From NCBI GenBank assembly GCA_964600695.1, contig CAZRKK010000002.1:5354-69353 (forward strand): a stretch of DNA of 64,000 bases, in the 5' to 3' direction. Within the stretch, counting starts at the first letter, position 1; each line of letters begins with the position of its first letter. The translations under genes were made by a program, and so were the position numbers. The notes beneath the pieces are model-generated. The model was not told where the DNA came from, ran no database searches, and was given only the letters and a program-made list of their open reading frames with translations. Shown here piece after piece: positions 61,395 through 64,000 of the stretch. The stretch is from an uncultured Candidatus Saccharibacteria bacterium. Lineage in GTDB: Bacteria; Patescibacteriota; Doudnabacteria; UBA920.

Positions 61395-63521
61395 ATGAAC
61401 TTCAAAAATATTTTTTACTGGGTCAGAAAATCAACTTTGCTGTTAGTTGTAACAGTGATTTTTGGATTTGGTTCGGTGTTCTTAGTTATCGGCTTAGCCT
61501 CTGGTGCCTACCTGATTGCTGTGAATTCATCTTTGCCAAACTATCAAGAAATCGAAAATCGTAACGTACCAGAATCAAGTAAATTATATTCACGTGACGG
61601 AACTTTATTGTATGAGTTTTACGGTGAGTACAAACGTTCTAAAGTTTCTTTGGATAAAATTTCCCCAACACTAAAAAATGCTACCATCGCTATAGAAGAT
61701 AAAGATTTTTACAATCATGGAGCTATTTCTTTACCATCGATTGCCAGAGCCATGCTTGCGAACTCTAAGTCCGGTGCTGTTTCTCAAGGGGGAAGCACTA
61801 TCACTCAACAGTTTGCTAAGAATGCTTTATTAGATAGGCAAAAACTATACAGTCGCAAAGTCCGCGAAGTTTTACTTGCCTATAAAATTGAATCACATTT
61901 TAGTAAAGATGCTATTTTAGAATTATATTTAAATGAAATTCCTTACGGGCGTAATAGCTATGGCGCCGAAGCTGCAAGTAAAACTTATTTTGGAAAATCT
62001 GCCACCGAGTTAAGCTTAGCCGAAAGTGCTTACTTAGCTGCATTACCTCAAGCTCCAAGTTTCTATAGTCCAACCGGTGCGAACACAGAAGCATTGGATA
62101 ATCGTAAGGATTTGGTTTTACAAAAAATGTTTGAGCAGGGCTATATCTCCGAACAAGATATGTATCAAGCTAAAACAGCTCAAGTGGCTTTCTTGCCAGC
62201 AACTAATAAAATGATTGCCCCATATTATGTGTCTTGGGTTCGTAACTATTTAGTAGATAAGTATGGAACAGAATTCTTAAAAGAAGGTGGTCTAAAAGTA
62301 TATAGTTCCTTAGATTTAAATTTACAAAAATTAGCCGAACAAGTTGTTAAAGAAGGAGCAGAAATCAACAAAACTAAATATCGAGCTTACAATGCTGCTA
62401 TCGTTGCCGTTGATCCTGTCACTAACAAGGTCGTGGCTATGGCCGGTGGAAAAGATTATTTTGGTGAAGCCGAACCTAGTGGTTGTAAAGTAGGGAAGAA
62501 TTGTAAATTTGAACCTAATGTTAACGTTGCATCGAGTATGCGTCAGCCGGGGAGTAGTTTTAAGCCTTACGCTTATTTAACTGCTTTCAAACCAGAATTT
62601 GGTTACACACCACTATCAAAAGTTTTGGATGTACCAACATCTTTTGGAACAGCTGGTGGACGACCATATATTCCACGAAACTATGATGGTTCTTCTCATG
62701 GTTTGATTACAATTCGAAAAGCATTGGCTGGGAGTTTGAATGTTCCTGCTGTTCGTACGTTGGCTGCTGTGGGAGTAGAAAATGTTGTGGCTACCGCAAA
62801 AAGTCTAGGCATCACATCACCCTTAAAGAATTGTGGATTGTCTTTGGTTTTGGGTGGATGCGAGGTTCAACTAGTTGATCATGTCACAGCATTCTCTGTG
62901 TTAGCTAATGGTGGAAAAGGGGATCTTAGTAGTCCATTTATCAGAATCGAAGACAAACACGGCAAAACTTTAGAGTCATCAAGTGGTAATCCAGAGCAGA
63001 TTGTAAATCCAGAAGCAGTATATGAATTAATAAGTATTATGACGGATGATCTATCACGTCAATATGTTTTTGGAAAGAAAAACCCTTTAACTTTACCAGA
63101 TCGAGTTGTTGCGGCTAAGACTGGAACTACTCAAAATTGGAAAGATGGATGGACATTAGGTTTTACTCCTCAATTAGCAGTTGGTGTTTGGACTGGTAAC
63201 AACGATAGTTCCTTAATGCGCGCTGGGGCTGATGGGGTATTTACTGCAGCACCTATTTGGCATAAATTTATGGAAGCTGCTATGGCTGGTCAGCCTGTGA
63301 AGGATTTTGAAGTTCCTGCTGGAGTTATTCAAGTAGCGTATGATATTTATTCTAATAAACCAGTTTCGAAGGATTCAAAAAATGTACGCATGGAGCCAGT
63401 GCCTTGGTACGCTTTACCAAAGGATATTCAAATTTCTGCTGCTCCAAAGAATTTACAGAAATCTTTAATAGGCCCAATTGGTCAAGTTGCAGGTGCAGTT
63501 ACTACCGAGCCTTCTCAGTAA
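61395..63521 (+). CDS. class A bifunctional penicillin-binding protein (PBP1A-type glycosyltransferase/transpeptidase)
   Basis: GT51 motifs EDKDFYNHGAI, GGSTITQQ, RKVREVLLAYKIE. Transpeptidase motifs SSFKP and KTGTTQ. Confidence 0.92.
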   Translation: MNFKNIFYWVRKSTLLLVVTVIFGFGSVFLVIGLASGAYLIAVNSSLPNYQEIENRNVPESSKLYSRDGTLLYEFYGEYKRSKVSLDKISPTLKNATIAIEDKDFYNHGAISLPSIARAMLANSKSGAVSQGGSTITQQFAKNALLDRQKLYSRKVREVLLAYKIESHFSKDAILELYLNEIPYGRNSYGAEAASKTYFGKSATELSLAESAYLAALPQAPSFYSPTGANTEALDNRKDLVLQKMFEQGYISEQDMYQAKTAQVAFLPATNKMIAPYYVSWVRNYLVDKYGTEFLKEGGLKVYSSLDLNLQKLAEQVVKEGAEINKTKYRAYNAAIVAVDPVTNKVVAMAGGKDYFGEAEPSGCKVGKNCKFEPNVNVASSMRQPGSSFKPYAYLTAFKPEFGYTPLSKVLDVPTSFGTAGGRPYIPRNYDGSSHGLITIRKALAGSLNVPAVRTLAAVGVENVVATAKSLGITSPLKNCGLSLVLGGCEVQLVDHVTAFSVLANGGKGDLSSPFIRIEDKHGKTLESSSGNPEQIVNPEAVYELISIMTDDLSRQYVFGKKNPLTLPDRVVAAKTGTTQNWKDGWTLGFTPQLAVGVWTGNNDSSLMRAGADGVFTAAPIWHKFMEAAMAGQPVKDFEVPAGVIQVAYDIYSNKPVSKDSKNVRMEPVPWYALPKDIQISAAPKNLQKSLIGPIGQVAGAVTTEPSQ

Positions 63522-63528
63522 ATTTTTT

Positions 63529-63557
63529 AAAAACCACCGTATTGAGCGGTGGTTTTT
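63529..63557. terminator. bidirectional rho-independent terminator
   Basis: aaaaaccaccg (63529-63539) / cggtggttttt (63547-63557), between convergent genes. Confidence 0.8.
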
Positions 63558-63560
63558 TGT

Positions 63561-64000
63561 TTAAACTGATTTACGATATAGATAAACTGCCAAAGGCACA
63601 AAGACTACCAGAATTGCATCAATCCAAATAATTGAGTACCAGATATCCGGTGTAGATGGTAAGCCTAATGTTAGGTTGCGCACAGCATTTACGGTTACTG
63701 TGATAGGGCTGATTTTAGCAAAAGTTTGTAGCCAGTTTGGCATCGAGCTAATTGGCACAAAAATAGAACTTGCAAAAACTAAAGGAAACACCCAAATGAA
63801 TCCTGCTACTTGGGCAGTTTCAACATTTTTTACTAATAAGCCAATTGTGGCCGAGATCCAAGAAAAAGCGAATCCAAAAGCTAAAGTTAAACCAATTGCT
63901 GCTAAGGCTGCGCCAATTCCTTGGTTAAATCGATAGCCAATTAATAGTCCCACACCAACCATTAAGAACATGGTAAATAGATTGCGAGCCGTGTCAGATA
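63561..64000 (-). CDS. ABC-2-type transporter permease, C-terminal part (N-terminus beyond the window)
   Basis: Hydrophobic ABC-2-like sequence (...FIWVFPLVFASSIFVPISSMPNWLQTFAKISPITVTVNAVR...). The minus-strand frame stays open upstream of the Met at 63971 to the window edge. Confidence 0.65.
   Translation of the reverse strand, partial: SDTARNLFTMFLMVGVGLLIGYRFNQGIGAALAAIGLTLAFGFAFSWISATIGLLVKNVETAQVAGFIWVFPLVFASSIFVPISSMPNWLQTFAKISPITVTVNAVRNLTLGLPSTPDIWYSIIWIDAILVVFVPLAVYLYRKSV

Noticed and set aside
63404-63631. 75-aa plus-strand ORF spanning the end of the PBP1A gene, the bidirectional terminator and the ABC permease gene.
   Set aside because: It runs through a strong terminator, overlaps two well-supported genes in other frames and has no SD.
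1-64000. Alternative genetic code (UGA recoded, as in Gracilibacteria/Absconditabacteria).
   Set aside because: TGA functions as a stop at sensible gene ends (e.g. htrA 28236-28238, rnhA 45056-45058, the small basic protein 61317-61319). All conserved genes are full length under the standard bacterial code.
1-64000. A search for rRNA, tRNA, tmRNA, RNase P RNA, CRISPR arrays, integrases, transposases and phage genes, which might explain the accessory block as a prophage, ICE or IS.
   Set aside because: I found no tRNA-like cloverleaf candidates in the intergenic regions, no conserved RNase P/tmRNA motifs and no recombinase-like ORFs. The accessory block therefore cannot be called a mobile element from this window alone.

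Overview
This is a low-GC, gene-dense bacterial chromosome segment, almost entirely coded on the plus strand. Several traits fit a reduced-genome Patescibacteria/CPR-type organism (inference, no search run): an S10-spc ribosomal superoperon lacking rpmD (L30), r-proteins with long K/A/E-rich extensions, a split transketolase, a compact glycolysis/pentose-phosphate cluster, a minimal dcw cluster and many family-less membrane or secreted ORFs.

Layout:
- 0-2.2 kb: hypothetical genes.
- 2.3-13.4 kb: rpsJ through rplO, then secY.
- 13.4-23.6 kb: an accessory block replacing the usual adk-map-infA-rpmJ-rpsM continuation. It holds an acidic disordered protein, an 852-aa membrane-anchored TraG/VirD4-like P-loop ATPase, two G+C/CpG-rich stand-alone membrane/secreted genes, a ~1197-aa multi-TM giant, two small acidic proteins and a GtrA-like protein.
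- 23.7-25.3 kb: dnaX.
- 25.4-42.7 kb: secreted protein-htrA-ruvX-galT-tpiA-rpiB-rpe-tkt(N)-membrane protein-tkt(C)-pfkB kinase-fba-gap, then pgk-eno-gpmI.
- 42.8-48.8 kb: recJ-rnhA, a PEGA protein (minus strand), murA-mreB.
- 49-57 kb: membrane proteins, dinB, a two-component system, a SpoU methyltransferase and a TrpF-like protein.
- 57.3-63.5 kb: mraZ-rsmH-FtsL-like-ftsI-small basic protein-PBP1A.
- 63.6 kb to the edge: partial ABC-2 permease (minus strand).

I recognised no rRNA, tRNA, CRISPR array, transposase or integrase.

Most noteworthy:
- The orphan coupling-protein-like ATPase block that breaks the ribosomal superoperon.
- The compositionally foreign two-gene cassette inside that block, with its ~185-nt multi-hairpin leader.
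- A terminator-like element between rpsJ and rplC.
- A long-range inverted repeat between rplO and secY.
- A polytopic membrane gene splitting the transketolase.
- A convergent 28-aa hydrophobic micro-ORF between gap and pgk.
- A 10-nt-periodic GTGGG array upstream of mraZ.

All family calls come from reading the translated ORFs. No database search was run.
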